A stretch of DNA of 64,000 nt from contig JAZLFN010000020.1 in assembly GCA_045615805.1 (NCBI GenBank), positions 8,712 to 72,711 of the forward strand. The letters are read 5' to 3'. The stretch is from Clostridia bacterium (GTDB lineage Bacteria > Bacillota > Clostridia > Monoglobales > Monoglobaceae). The position numbers were made by a program, and so were the translations under genes. Each line of letters begins with the position of its first letter. The first letter of the stretch is position 1. The notes under the pieces are model-generated. The model was not told the origin of the DNA. It saw nothing but the letters and a program-made list of their open reading frames with translations, and made no database searches. Shown one piece after another: positions 9,077-18,962 of this stretch.

Positions 9077-10351
9077 ATGAAACAGATTATAAAAAACGGA
9101 TATGTGGTTAATCCTTCAAAGTGTTTTTCCGGATATGCGGATATACTTATAAATTACGGTGTTATTGAGCGTGTTGCTGAAAATATTAACGACTATGATG
9201 CCAAGGTGATTGATGCAAAGGGAATGATTGTAGCTCCCGGACTTGTAGACCTCCATGTTCATTTCAGAGAGCCCGGATATGAGCATAAAGAAACCATACT
9301 TACGGGAAGCCGTGCGGCAGTAAAGGGTGGAGTTACATCAGTTTTGTGTATGCCAAATACCAATCCTCCCATAGACAATGCCGCTTTGGTTGAATATGTT
9401 GTAAATACAGGAAAAAAAGCCGGTCTTATAAATGTTATGACAACAGGATGTATTACAAAAGGTCAGAAGGGAGAAGAAATTTCCGAAATGGCAGAGCTTA
9501 AAGCTCATGGGGCATCTGCCTTTTCCGATGACGGAAGACCTGTAAGCTCGGCTATGATTTTAAGACGTGCCCTTGAATATGCGAATATGCTTGATATGCC
9601 CATTATGTCACATAGCGAGGACTTATCTCTTGTTGACGGCGGAAGTATGAACGAAGGTTATATGTCAACCTATCTGGGTTTAAGAGGAATTCCTAAATCT
9701 GCGGAAAGTGCGGCGGTCAGCCGTGACATTCTCCTTGCGGAGGAATTAGGAGCGAGAATCCATATATGTCATATAAGCACAAGAAATTCAATTGAGGCTG
9801 TCCGTGCCGCAAAGAAAAGAGGAGCAAAGGTTACAGCCGAAACCGCACCTCATTATTTTACCCTTACCGATAAAATGTGCGACGGTTTTAATACAAATGC
9901 GAAAATGAATCCGCCTCTTCGTGACGAGGAGGATGTTGAAGCTGTTATTGAGGGCTTGGCTGACGGAACAATTGATGCAATTGCAACAGACCATGCTCCC
10001 CATCACATTGACGATAAGAGAATAGAATTTGAAATGGCGGCAAACGGTATTGTAGGACTTGAAACCTCTCTTGCGTTGGGATATACATATCTTGTTAAAA
10101 CAAACAAGCTGACGGTTATGCAGCTTATTGACAGAATGAGTACAAAGCCTGCTGAAATAATAGGATGTAAAAGGGGAACGCTTAACGAGGGTTCTCCTGC
10201 GGATATAGTGATATTTGATGCCAACGAGGAATTTGTCGTTGACGATAAAAATTTTGAAACGAAGGGTAAAAATTCCCCTTATATCGGGATGAAGTTATTC
10301 GGAAAGGTTAAAAGAACTATATTTGGCGGAAAAACAGTTTACATGGATTAA
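9077..10351 (+). CDS. pyrC: Dihydroorotase
   Basis: Motifs DLHVHFREPG and ATDHAPH. Start moved to ATG 9077 (MKQIIKNG), preceded by AAGGAGG. Confidence 0.93.
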   Translation: MKQIIKNGYVVNPSKCFSGYADILINYGVIERVAENINDYDAKVIDAKGMIVAPGLVDLHVHFREPGYEHKETILTGSRAAVKGGVTSVLCMPNTNPPIDNAALVEYVVNTGKKAGLINVMTTGCITKGQKGEEISEMAELKAHGASAFSDDGRPVSSAMILRRALEYANMLDMPIMSHSEDLSLVDGGSMNEGYMSTYLGLRGIPKSAESAAVSRDILLAEELGARIHICHISTRNSIEAVRAAKKRGAKVTAETAPHYFTLTDKMCDGFNTNAKMNPPLRDEEDVEAVIEGLADGTIDAIATDHAPHHIDDKRIEFEMAANGIVGLETSLALGYTYLVKTNKLTVMQLIDRMSTKPAEIIGCKRGTLNEGSPADIVIFDANEEFVVDDKNFETKGKNSPYIGMKLFGKVKRTIFGGKTVYMD

Positions 10352-10362
10352 GGAGAGTGGTT

Positions 10363-11265
10363 ATGATAGACACATTGATTGAAAAGATTAAAGAAAAAAA
10401 CAATCCCACCGTTGCAGGTCTTGACCCGAAGCTTGATTACATACCTGATGATATGAAGAAGTTAAGCTTTGAAAAGTACGGTGAAACATTTAAAGGTGCG
10501 GCGGAGGCGATTTTTGAGTTTAACAGGGAGCTTATAGATAATCTTTATGATATAGTTCCTGCAGTAAAGCCTCAGGCGGCGTATTACGAAATGTACGGGA
10601 TCGAAGGAATTATTTGCCTTAAGCGAACAATAGATTATGCAAAGGAAAAGGGAATGTATGTAATCCTTGATGCAAAAAGGGGAGATATCGGGGCAACATC
10701 AGAGGCGTATGCTGCCGCATATCTCGGAAAAACACAGCTTGGAGAAAATGATGAGCCTGCATTTGATGCAGATTCCATGACTGTAAACCCATACTTGGGA
10801 ACAGACGGTGTCGGTCCCTTTGTAAATATGTGCAATGAAAACGGAAAAAGCATATTTGTTCTTGTTAAAACATCAAATAAGTCATCGGGAGAGCTTCAGG
10901 ATTTAAAGTCGGATGGCAGATATATTTATGAGCATATGGCAGATCTTGTTACAGGCTGGGGAAAGGAAACCGTGGGAAAATACGGCTATTCCAATGTTGG
11001 AGCTGTGGTTGGTGCAACATATCCCGAACAGGCAAGAGTTTTAAGAGAGCAAATGAAAAATACATATTTTCTTGTGCCCGGATACGGTGCTCAGGGCGGC
11101 GGAGCAAAGGATGTTGCCCCCTGCTTTAACAAGGACGGAATGGGTGCAATAGTTAATGCCTCACGCTCCATTATGTGTGCGTATAAGAAAAACGGCGGAA
11201 GCGTGGGAGAAGCAGCAAGATGTGAAGCAATAAGAATGCGTGACGATATATTAAGTGTTTTATAA
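10363..11265 (+). CDS. pyrF: Orotidine 5'-phosphate decarboxylase (long type 2 form)
   Basis: Motif ILDAKRGDIG. AAGGAGAG lies 5-6 nt before ATG 10363. Confidence 0.9.
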   Translation: MIDTLIEKIKEKNNPTVAGLDPKLDYIPDDMKKLSFEKYGETFKGAAEAIFEFNRELIDNLYDIVPAVKPQAAYYEMYGIEGIICLKRTIDYAKEKGMYVILDAKRGDIGATSEAYAAAYLGKTQLGENDEPAFDADSMTVNPYLGTDGVGPFVNMCNENGKSIFVLVKTSNKSSGELQDLKSDGRYIYEHMADLVTGWGKETVGKYGYSNVGAVVGATYPEQARVLREQMKNTYFLVPGYGAQGGGAKDVAPCFNKDGMGAIVNASRSIMCAYKKNGGSVGEAARCEAIRMRDDILSVL

Positions 11266-11278
11266 AGAGGTGACCGAT

Positions 11279-12028
11279 TTGAAGTGCAAAATAGCAGAAA
11301 AGAAAAAGCTTGCAAATGACATTTTTGATATTACGGTTTTTTGTCCGGAAACAGCAGAAGATGTTAAGCCGGGGCAGTTTGTGCATATACTGTGCGGAAA
11401 TGAAGTTTACTTAAGAAGACCGATTAGTATTTGCGAGGTAGCAGAGGGAAAGTCTTTGAGATTTATTTTTCAGGTTAAGGGAGAGGGTACAAAGGCTCTT
11501 TCTTCAAAAAAGGTGGGAGATGAGGTAGATTTTCTCGGACCCTTGGGAAACGGCTTTGATATAGAAGATGCAGATGAAGATGTTATTGTAATCGGCGGAG
11601 GAATAGGAATATTTCCTTTGCTTGAGCTTACAAAAAGAATAGGAAAAAGAGCCTCCGTTATGCTTGGGTTCAGGTCTGCGGAAAATATTATTTTGGAAGA
11701 TGAATTTTCAAAATATACGGATAAGCTCTTTGTGGCAACCGAGGACGGTTCCTTGGGGTATAAAGGCTTTGTAACCGAGCTTCTGGAAAATGCTCTTAAA
11801 TCAAACAAAGTCGATAAGATATATACCTGCGGTCCCATGCCTATGATGAAAGCTGTATCCGATGTTGCGAAAGAGTACGGAATACCTGCTTATGCTTCTC
11901 TTGAAGAGCGTATGGGATGCGGTATAGGTGCTTGCGTCGGTTGTACCGCAACGGTAAACGGAGAAAAGAAAAGGGTTTGCAAGGACGGACCTGTATTTAA
12001 TGCATGGGAGGTTGAATGGGATGGCTGA
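11279..12028 (+). CDS. pyrK: Dihydroorotate dehydrogenase electron-transfer subunit
   Basis: FAD/NAD-binding fold and C-terminal 2Fe-2S cluster motif CGIGACVGC. Probable TTG start at 11279 after AGAGGTG; the exact start is uncertain. Confidence 0.85.
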   Translation: MKCKIAEKKKLANDIFDITVFCPETAEDVKPGQFVHILCGNEVYLRRPISICEVAEGKSLRFIFQVKGEGTKALSSKKVGDEVDFLGPLGNGFDIEDADEDVIVIGGGIGIFPLLELTKRIGKRASVMLGFRSAENIILEDEFSKYTDKLFVATEDGSLGYKGFVTELLENALKSNKVDKIYTCGPMPMMKAVSDVAKEYGIPAYASLEERMGCGIGACVGCTATVNGEKKRVCKDGPVFNAWEVEWDG

Positions 12029-12929
12029 TTTAAGCATAAATATTGCCGGTGTAAGCTGGAAGAATCCCGTTACCTGCGGTTCGGGTACATTCGGGTTCGG
12101 AGCGGAGTATAATGAGTTTTTTGACATATCAAGGCTGGGAGCCGTATGCTTAAAGGCTTTATCCGTTGCACCGAGAATGGGAAATCCTTCTCCCAGAATT
12201 GCGGAGGCTCCTATGGGGGTATTAAACAGTGTGGGACTTCAAAACCCCGGGATAGAAGTATTTAAGGAAAAATATCTTGAAGGATTAAGAGAACTTGACA
12301 CAAATTTAATCGCAAATATATGCGGAAATACACCGGAGGAGTACGCCGAGGCTGCCGAAATGTTAGGAGATGGCGTTGATATGCTTGAACTTAACATCTC
12401 ATGCCCGAATGTAAAGACAGGAGGAATGGCTCTGGGGACAAATCCGAGTGCTACCGAAGAGGTTACACGCAAGGTTAAAGATGCATCAAAGGTACCGCTT
12501 ATTGTTAAGCTTTCGCCGAATGTTACCGATATTTGCGAAATAGCAAAGGCGGCAGAAGCAGGAGGAGCAGACGCGCTTTCTCTTATAAATACCCTGCTTG
12601 GAATGAAAATTGATATACACACAAGACGTCCCGTTCTTAAAAATAATACAGGCGGTCTTTCGGGCCCTGCGGTTAAGCCTGTTGCCGTGCGTATGGTAAA
12701 TCAGGTTTATAACAGCGTAAAGCTTCCCATAATCGGTATGGGCGGAATTTCAAACGGAGAGGATGCCATAGAATTTATGCTTGCAGGCGCATCTGCCGTT
12801 TCGGTAGGCACGGCAGGATTTGTAAATCCAAATGCTTGGCTTGATACTATACATGGTATTGAAAAGTATCTTGTTGAAAACGGTATCGAAAAAGCTTCGG
12901 ATATTGTGGGTAAGGTTGAACTTTATTAA
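12021..12929 (+). CDS. pyrD: Dihydroorotate dehydrogenase 1B catalytic subunit
   Basis: Motifs [11 protein letters not shown] and [17 protein letters not shown] 12021 overlaps the pyrK end by 8 nt. Confidence 0.93.
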   Translation: MADLSINIAGVSWKNPVTCGSGTFGFGAEYNEFFDISRLGAVCLKALSVAPRMGNPSPRIAEAPMGVLNSVGLQNPGIEVFKEKYLEGLRELDTNLIANICGNTPEEYAEAAEMLGDGVDMLELNISCPNVKTGGMALGTNPSATEEVTRKVKDASKVPLIVKLSPNVTDICEIAKAAEAGGADALSLINTLLGMKIDIHTRRPVLKNNTGGLSGPAVKPVAVRMVNQVYNSVKLPIIGMGGISNGEDAIEFMLAGASAVSVGTAGFVNPNAWLDTIHGIEKYLVENGIEKASDIVGKVELY

Positions 12930-12966
12930 ATTTTATGCCGAATGTATCGGCGAGAGGAGAATATAT

Positions 12967-13542
12967 ATGACAAAAGAAGAAATAACACAAATGCTCAAAG
13001 ATGCAGGAGTGTTGCTTGAAGGACATTTTTTGCTTACATCTGGAAGACACAGTAATAAATATATGCAATGTGCAAAGATTTTTCAGTATGCAAAATACAG
13101 CGTTCCGCTTTGCACGGAGCTTGCCGAAAAATACAAAGACGATAATATTGATGTGGTAATCGGTCCGGCTATCGGAGCAATACAAATGTCATATGAAGTT
13201 GGAAAACAGCTTGGGGTAAAAAATATATTTGCAGAGCGTGAAAACGGAAATATGACATTAAGACGCGGATTTACCATAGAAGAAGGACAAAGAGTTCTTG
13301 TTGTGGAGGATGTAGTTACAACAGGAGGAAGCGTAAGAGAGGTTATGGAGCTTGTGCGTGAAAATGGAGGAATAGTTGCAGGCGTAGGTTCTATAGTTGA
13401 CAGAACAGGCGGAAAAATAGATTTCGGCGTACCTTATAAAAGTGCGTTTTCTATGGATATTGTATCTTATGAAGCTGATGAGTGTCCGATTTGCAAATCG
13501 GGATTGCCTCTTGTGAAACCCGGAAGCAGAGGTTCAAAATAA
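12967..13542 (+). CDS. pyrE: Orotate phosphoribosyltransferase
   Basis: PRPP loop [13 protein letters not shown]. Start at ATG 12967 after GAGAGGAG. Confidence 0.92.
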   Translation: MTKEEITQMLKDAGVLLEGHFLLTSGRHSNKYMQCAKIFQYAKYSVPLCTELAEKYKDDNIDVVIGPAIGAIQMSYEVGKQLGVKNIFAERENGNMTLRRGFTIEEGQRVLVVEDVVTTGGSVREVMELVRENGGIVAGVGSIVDRTGGKIDFGVPYKSAFSMDIVSYEADECPICKSGLPLVKPGSRGSK

Positions 13543-14234
13543 TGAGCAATTCGGAAATACACATTGGTCACCGTAACAGGATTGATGAAAAAAGCCGTAT
13601 TATGGGACTTGAATTTTTGAATGAGCATGAACAGCTTGAAAAGATTTTATTTGCCGTTATTCCCAGAGGAAACACAAACGAAATCGCACACAGATTACTT
13701 GAGAGGTTTGGTTCGGTTTACGGTGTGCTTTCCGCTGATGCGGATAATCTTAAAACAGTTGAGGGAGTGGGTGGAAGGACTGCCGAGTTCTTGCATGATT
13801 TGCTTCCTGTTCTCGGAATTGCGGAAAGAAGTATGAGAAATCAGAAAAGCCTTGTACTTAATGATATGAATGATATCGGCAATTATGCAAAGACTTTGTT
13901 TTACGGTAAAACCGTTGAAAATCTATACTTAATCAGTTTGAATTCAGCCAATCAGGTAATAAGGTTTGATAAGGTGTCGGAGGGAACTTATGTTGCCTCC
14001 GATGTGTCGGTAAGAAAAATTTCCCGTCTTGCATTAAATGCGGAGGCATCTGCGGTTGTTCTTGCTCATAATCATCCGGGCGGCAGGATTGAACCGTCAT
14101 ATGCTGATTTTCAAATTACAGATGCGGTTAAAAGTCAGCTTGGCGTTTTAGGCATATCCTTGCTTGCACATTTGATTGTATCCTGTGATGAATGGAAAGA
14201 TATTTGTGAATTAAAATATATCGGAAAAGTATAA
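13542..14234 (+). CDS. radC: RadC-like JAB/MPN domain protein
   Basis: HhH segment VEGVGGRTAEF and JAMM-type HNHPGG motif. The start shares TAATG with the pyrE stop. Confidence 0.88.
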   Translation: MSNSEIHIGHRNRIDEKSRIMGLEFLNEHEQLEKILFAVIPRGNTNEIAHRLLERFGSVYGVLSADADNLKTVEGVGGRTAEFLHDLLPVLGIAERSMRNQKSLVLNDMNDIGNYAKTLFYGKTVENLYLISLNSANQVIRFDKVSEGTYVASDVSVRKISRLALNAEASAVVLAHNHPGGRIEPSYADFQITDAVKSQLGVLGISLLAHLIVSCDEWKDICELKYIGKV

Positions 14235-14263
14235 AAATTCCTGTTTTGCACAACCTAAATATT

Positions 14264-14662
14264 ATGATTATTCGATTTTTTATTTACGGATTTTTAGGAA
14301 TGGTCACAGAGGTGTTGTGGACAGGAATAGGCTCGGCAATTCAAGGAAATATTAACCTTACGGGACATACCTCTGTGTGGATGTTTTTTGTATACGGTTT
14401 GGCTGTGTTTATCTTTGAGCCGGTTCATAACTGTATACGGGATACAAGCTGGGTTGTAAGAGGCTTGCTTTGGATGGTGTTGTTTTTTTCGGTAGAATTT
14501 TTAAGCGGACTTATTTTTCGTTTTGCCGGAATTGAAGCGTGGAGATATGACTGTAAATATTCCGTTTTCGGTCTTATACGCCTTGATTACGCTCCTGCCT
14601 GGTTTGCGGCAGGGCTTATATTTGAAAAAATACATGATGTGCTTATATCCGTGCATTTTTAA
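14264..14662 (+). CDS. Small polytopic membrane protein (putative ABC-transporter type IV/CmpB-like family)
   Basis: Four hydrophobic segments. N-terminus FFIYGFLGMVTEVLWTG. Start is ambiguous (TTG 14246 or ATG 14264). Confidence 0.55.
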   Translation: MIIRFFIYGFLGMVTEVLWTGIGSAIQGNINLTGHTSVWMFFVYGLAVFIFEPVHNCIRDTSWVVRGLLWMVLFFSVEFLSGLIFRFAGIEAWRYDCKYSVFGLIRLDYAPAWFAAGLIFEKIHDVLISVHF

Positions 14663-14677
14663 AAAAGGAGTAAAAAA

Positions 14678-14998
14678 ATGGCAGAAGTTGTTGTAACAAA
14701 AGAAAATTTTGAAACAGAAGTTATAAATTCGGAAATACCCGTTATAGTCGATTTTTGGGCTGAATGGTGCGGACCGTGCAGAATGCTTGCCCCGACACTT
14801 AAAGAGGTTGCGGATGAATTTGACGGTAAAATTAAAGTCGCTAAGGTCAATGTAGATAATGACGGTGACCTAGCTATGAAATACAAAATCATAAGTATTC
14901 CCACTTTGATTGTTTTCTCAAAGGGTGAGCAGGTAAAAAAATCCATAGGCTATATGGAAAAGTCTGAAGTAATAGATTTGTTTTCAAATTTGGTATGA
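14678..14998 (+). CDS. trxA: Thioredoxin
   Basis: Active site WAEWCGPC; length 106 aa. Confidence 0.95.
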   Translation: MAEVVVTKENFETEVINSEIPVIVDFWAEWCGPCRMLAPTLKEVADEFDGKIKVAKVNVDNDGDLAMKYKIISIPTLIVFSKGEQVKKSIGYMEKSEVIDLFSNLV

Positions 14999-15000
14999 AT

Positions 15001-15025
15001 AAACCGTCGATTAAATCGACGGTTT
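15001..15025. terminator. Bidirectional hairpin terminator between trxA and the convergent kinase-like gene
   Basis: AAACCGTCGAT-TAA-ATCGACGGTTT forms an 11-bp perfect stem. The stop codon of the - strand gene lies in the 3' arm. Confidence 0.8.
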
Positions 15026-15854
15026 ATTCATTATATTTAATATACATTATTGCAGAGGCAAGATATTTTTCGGCAAACTCTAAATCGGGTGCTTTTTCTA
15101 TTGTTTCGCTGATGCGGTCATGGTGCTTAAGCTGTGGAATGACAAGCTCAAACTTTGCTCCTGTTTTTGTGGGAATGTATGAAAGCTCACCTTGCATATC
15201 ACGGGCGACTTTTCGTGAAACTGCAAGACCCAATCCGCTTATATACATACCGCCTGTTTCAATAAGTCTTGTTTTATCAGGCTTTATTTTGTAGCTTTCA
15301 AACAGGCTGTCAATTTTATTTTTGGGTATTCCCTGTCCGTCATCGGAAAAAGTGATAACAAAATCGCTTCCGTGTTTTTCAGTTGTAATTAAAATGTTCT
15401 TTTGCTTCTTGTTTGTGTGTATTGCAGAATTTGAAATAAGGTTGAAGAGGATAAGACTTGTACGCCTTAAGTCAAATAAAACACTTCGACAGCCTGATTT
15501 GCAGTTTAATGTAATGTTTATGTCGTTTGCATTGAAAAGCTTAAGAGTTTGTCTGACAACGCCCTTTAAAAAATATTCTGCGTTATATGACGCCATGTTT
15601 ACAGATGATATTTCGTCATCTTCATCTTGAAGAAGCATCAGATTATGAGCGGATGTATACGCTTTGTAGGAATTAAGCTTTATTTTGTATATATACAAAA
15701 GTTGTTCGGGATCCAAATTTTTGGCATACATCAATATGTGGAATAAAGGCGTGTTCTTTTCAAGCATACTGTCTATAAGTCCCACAATAATGCTTGAAGA
15801 ATTTATCTTCTCCTGTGTATGATTTATTTCAGGTGTTATATCTGAATTTTGCAT
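15024..15854 (-). CDS. Soluble GHKL/histidine-kinase-like ATPase with a non-canonical H-box region
   Basis: N box LFNLISNSAIHT, G1 DDGQGI, G2 SGLGLAV. No TM segment and no canonical SHE(L/I)RTP H-box; His39 is at the expected spacing. Confidence 0.7.
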   Translation of the reverse strand: MQNSDITPEINHTQEKINSSSIIVGLIDSMLEKNTPLFHILMYAKNLDPEQLLYIYKIKLNSYKAYTSAHNLMLLQDEDDEISSVNMASYNAEYFLKGVVRQTLKLFNANDINITLNCKSGCRSVLFDLRRTSLILFNLISNSAIHTNKKQKNILITTEKHGSDFVITFSDDGQGIPKNKIDSLFESYKIKPDKTRLIETGGMYISGLGLAVSRKVARDMQGELSYIPTKTGAKFELVIPQLKHHDRISETIEKAPDLEFAEKYLASAIMYIKYNE

Positions 15855-15866
15855 TTGTAGCTCCGT

Positions 15867-16469
15867 TTACTTTTTGTTTTTTGACCGTGATTTGTATACA
15901 TTGAATTTATTTCTGCATGAGCCTGAACAAAACGCTGTCTTGGGGTTTTCGGCTATAAATGGCATTTTGCAATGCTTACAAAGACCGATAAGCCGAACGG
16001 GATTGCATAAGAGTTGAGAGTATCCAAGCTCTATGGCAGACGACAGACTTTTTGTGTTCCACATAATGTAAGGAACATCGTTTCGTATTACAACCGTGCA
16101 TCCTACAGGGTCACAATCAAGCATCCATTCAAATGTATCGGGATAGGGTTTTGAGTTTATCTCGGAAAAATGGAGATATAATCCCATGGCATCTTCCGAA
16201 AAATCCAAAATGTTAAGCTTCTTTTTTCTTCGCTCCGGCATACCGTAAGCTTTTATAAAGTTTAAAGCATCAAGGGTGAAATCAAAGCTGTAGTAAGCTT
16301 TATAGCCGATAATCAGGTAGTCCGTAATCAGCTGCTTCAGATTGTCATAGGGACAGTATTCCCTGAAGCTTGAATCATCTTTGATTGTTATATATTTTTT
16401 GTCGTTTGATAGCTCATATTTTGAATATACTTTTTCTTTTGAACATATGTAATTTGAAATGTTGTTCAT
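15867..16469 (-). CDS. Hypothetical protein with C-terminal CGNR-like zinc ribbon and basic tail
   Basis: CKHC-x13-CSGSCRNKFNVYKSRSKNKK (C-x2-C-x13-C-x3-C). I recognise no other domain. Confidence 0.6.
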   Translation of the reverse strand: MNNISNYICSKEKVYSKYELSNDKKYITIKDDSSFREYCPYDNLKQLITDYLIIGYKAYYSFDFTLDALNFIKAYGMPERRKKKLNILDFSEDAMGLYLHFSEINSKPYPDTFEWMLDCDPVGCTVVIRNDVPYIMWNTKSLSSAIELGYSQLLCNPVRLIGLCKHCKMPFIAENPKTAFCSGSCRNKFNVYKSRSKNKK

Positions 16470-16497
16470 GGCTTTTGTACCTCACATTGATATTTTA

Positions 16498-16881
16498 TCA
16501 GTTAGAAAGCTTTCTTGCCCGTTGTTTAAGTTCGTTAAGGAGTTGTCTTTGCCTGTCGGTCAAATCCCTTGTTTCAAGACCGTTGATTATCATAAGGGCG
16601 TCTTGGTAGCAACCCTCCTGAATCAGCTCGTTTGCATCATGGAGATTGCTTTCTATTTCGCTGTTATCGGTTTCTTTGTTTCTGTCTTCGTTGTAGTAAT
16701 TGTCATAGGCTTCCGATTTTTTCCCGTCGGTTGTTTTTTCTTCATTTTTGTTTTCGTCCGATGAAGCGGTGGGAATATCTCCGATTTTTACAGAAGGGTC
16801 ATCGGTTTTGTTCTTTTCCCCACAGGAAGGAAGAATAAAAATAAGGGACAGACACATCAATATTACAATAAATTTTTTCAT
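16498..16881 (-). CDS. Small lipoprotein
   Basis: Signal peptide MKKFIVILMCLSLIFILPSCG with a lipobox Cys, a low-complexity acidic region and a helical C-terminus. Confidence 0.7.
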   Translation of the reverse strand: MKKFIVILMCLSLIFILPSCGEKNKTDDPSVKIGDIPTASSDENKNEEKTTDGKKSEAYDNYYNEDRNKETDNSEIESNLHDANELIQEGCYQDALMIINGLETRDLTDRQRQLLNELKQRARKLSN

Positions 16882-16916
16882 TACGCATACCTCCGTAAGT
16901 ATATAGTTATAGTATT

Positions 16917-16945
16917 ATTGTAAAATATATTACAGAAAAAATCAA
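16917..16945 (-). promoter_or_regulatory. Candidate sigmaA promoter of the lipoprotein/Zn-finger/kinase-like operon
   Basis: On the - strand: TTGATT, 17-nt spacer, TACAAT. Confidence 0.4.
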
Positions 16946-17102
16946 GTATTATTTTTTGTTATATAAAATAACACAAAAAAGTAATAAACCCTTGACTAAA
17001 AGAGTAAAATAGGTTATTCTAAATGTATATGTTTGCATATGTTATGCAGTTCGTTGCGGCGGCTTCGGAAAATACATAAATTTTAAAAAGGTGGATGAGA
17101 AA

Positions 17103-18512
17103 ATGATTGATACCAAGCTTAAATTATATAATACGCTTTCACGAAGTAAAGAGGAATTTAAACCGATTCAAGAGGGCAAGGTGAAAATGTATTCATGCGG
17201 ACCCACCGTATACAACTATTTTCATATAGGAAATGCAAGACCGTTTATTATATTTGACACATTAAGGCGTTACCTTGAATATAAAGGCTTTGATGTCAGC
17301 TTTGTGCAGAATTTTACCGATGTGGACGACAAGATGATAAACAAAGCAAACGAAATGGGTATTACGGTCAAAGAGCTTGCCGACACTTTTATCGGCGAAT
17401 ACTTTACAGATGCAAAGGGCTTGGGCATAAAAGAAGCAACGGTACATCCCAGAGCAACCGAAAACATAGATGCAATAATCGAAATAATCAAAGCCCTTGA
17501 AGAAAAGGGATATGCTTATAATGTTGACGGTGATGTATATTATCGCACAAAGAAGTTTAAGGATTACGGAAAGCTTTCTCATCAGCCTCTTGATGAGCTT
17601 GAAAGCGGAGCGAGAATTGAAGTAAACACCGATAAAGAAGACCCTATGGATTTCGCTTTATGGAAAAAGCAAAAGCCGGGAGAGCCGGCATGGGAAAGTC
17701 CTTGGGGACAGGGAAGGCCGGGATGGCATATTGAGTGCAGTGCCATGGCAAATAAATATCTTGCAAAATCAATTGATATTCATAGCGGCGGCAAGGATTT
17801 AATTTTCCCTCATCATGAAAACGAGATTGCCCAGAGCGAGGCGGCTAACGGCTGTCAATTTGCGAATTATTGGTTGCATAATGGGTATATTAACGTTGAC
17901 GGCGAAAAAATGGCAAAATCCAAAGGCAATTTCTTTACCGTAAGAGATGTTGCAAAGGAATTTGATTACGAGGTTATACGGTTTTTTATGCTTTCCGCTC
18001 ATTACAGAAGTCCGATAAATTTCAGCAAGGATTTAATGGAGTCGGCAAAGTCTGCTCTTGAAAGAATATATACCTGTCTTGAATCTCTTGATTTTCTTTC
18101 AAATTCCGGAGAGGACAGGGAACCAAACGATGAAGAATCAGCCGTAATCAACAGATTATCCGAACATAAAAACAAGTTTATCTCGGCAATGGATGACGAT
18201 TTAAACACGGCAGATGCCATAGCGGTTATTTTTGAAATTGTTGCGGATGTAAACAGTATAATTACGAAAAATCCCTCAAAAACAGTATGCAGAAAATCCT
18301 CAGAAGCAATAAGAGAGCTTGGAGATGTACTCGGACTTTTGCATAAAGGCTCGGTGGAAACAGATGATGAGGTTGCGAAAATTTTAGGCGAAAGAGCAGA
18401 AGCGAGAAAGAATAAGGATTGGGCAAAGTCCGACGAGCTTCGTGATAAGCTTCGTGATATGGGATATGCCGTAAAGGATACCCCGCAGGGACAACAGCTT
18501 ACAAGAATTTAA
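17103..18512 (+). CDS. cysS: Cysteine--tRNA ligase
   Basis: HIGNARP (HIGH) and KMAKSKGN (KMSKS) motifs. ATG 17103 lies 6 nt after AAAGGTGGA. Confidence 0.95.
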   Translation: MIDTKLKLYNTLSRSKEEFKPIQEGKVKMYSCGPTVYNYFHIGNARPFIIFDTLRRYLEYKGFDVSFVQNFTDVDDKMINKANEMGITVKELADTFIGEYFTDAKGLGIKEATVHPRATENIDAIIEIIKALEEKGYAYNVDGDVYYRTKKFKDYGKLSHQPLDELESGARIEVNTDKEDPMDFALWKKQKPGEPAWESPWGQGRPGWHIECSAMANKYLAKSIDIHSGGKDLIFPHHENEIAQSEAANGCQFANYWLHNGYINVDGEKMAKSKGNFFTVRDVAKEFDYEVIRFFMLSAHYRSPINFSKDLMESAKSALERIYTCLESLDFLSNSGEDREPNDEESAVINRLSEHKNKFISAMDDDLNTADAIAVIFEIVADVNSIITKNPSKTVCRKSSEAIRELGDVLGLLHKGSVETDDEVAKILGERAEARKNKDWAKSDELRDKLRDMGYAVKDTPQGQQLTRI

Positions 18513-18515
18513 ATT

Positions 18516-18926
18516 ATGGAATATAAAATCAAAGATTGCAGAGAAGCTGCATTAAAAAAAGAAAACAACAACCCCAACTCATATTCGGCACTAACCCTTG
18601 CATATATCGGGGATTGTGTGTATGAATTGTTTGTGAGAAGCCATTTAATCAAAGAAGGAAATAAAAAGGTTAATGACCTTCATAAGGCGTCTACCAAGTA
18701 TGTAAAGGCAAGTGCTCAGGCAGAGTTTTACAGACGAATTGAAGCAATGCTCACGGAAGAAGAAACGGCGGCATTTAAAAGAGGCAGAAATACAAAATCC
18801 CATCCCCCAAAAAACGCGGATGTTTTGGATTATAAAAATGCAACGGGGGTTGAAACTCTTATGGGACACTTGTATGTATCGGGAAGAATTGACAGAATAG
18901 CCGAGCTTATGGAAGTCTTGTTTTAA
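18516..18926 (+). CDS. mrnC: Mini-ribonuclease 3
   Basis: Motif LAYIGDCVYELFVR. Conserved position after cysS. Confidence 0.88.
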   Translation: MEYKIKDCREAALKKENNNPNSYSALTLAYIGDCVYELFVRSHLIKEGNKKVNDLHKASTKYVKASAQAEFYRRIEAMLTEEETAAFKRGRNTKSHPPKNADVLDYKNATGVETLMGHLYVSGRIDRIAELMEVLF

Positions 18927-18962
18927 ACTTTGTTGTACATAAAATTTAACGGAGGCTTATTT

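Noticed and set aside
15024-15854. The kinase-like GHKL protein as the missing RsbW/SpoIIAB-type partner of the STAS/PP2C pair at 56.5-58.2 kb
   Set aside because: The two loci are 40 kb apart. The protein is about 276 aa with an N-terminal DHp-like extension, unlike the roughly 140-160 aa anti-sigma kinases, and there is no genomic linkage.
16882-17102. T-box leader upstream of cysS (and of leuS at 31575-31609)
   Set aside because: I found no T-box sequence (AAxxxGGGTGGTACCGCG-like), specifier-loop or AGAGA features. The leuS gap is only 35 nt. A plain promoter (TTGACT-17-TATTCT) is more likely for cysS.
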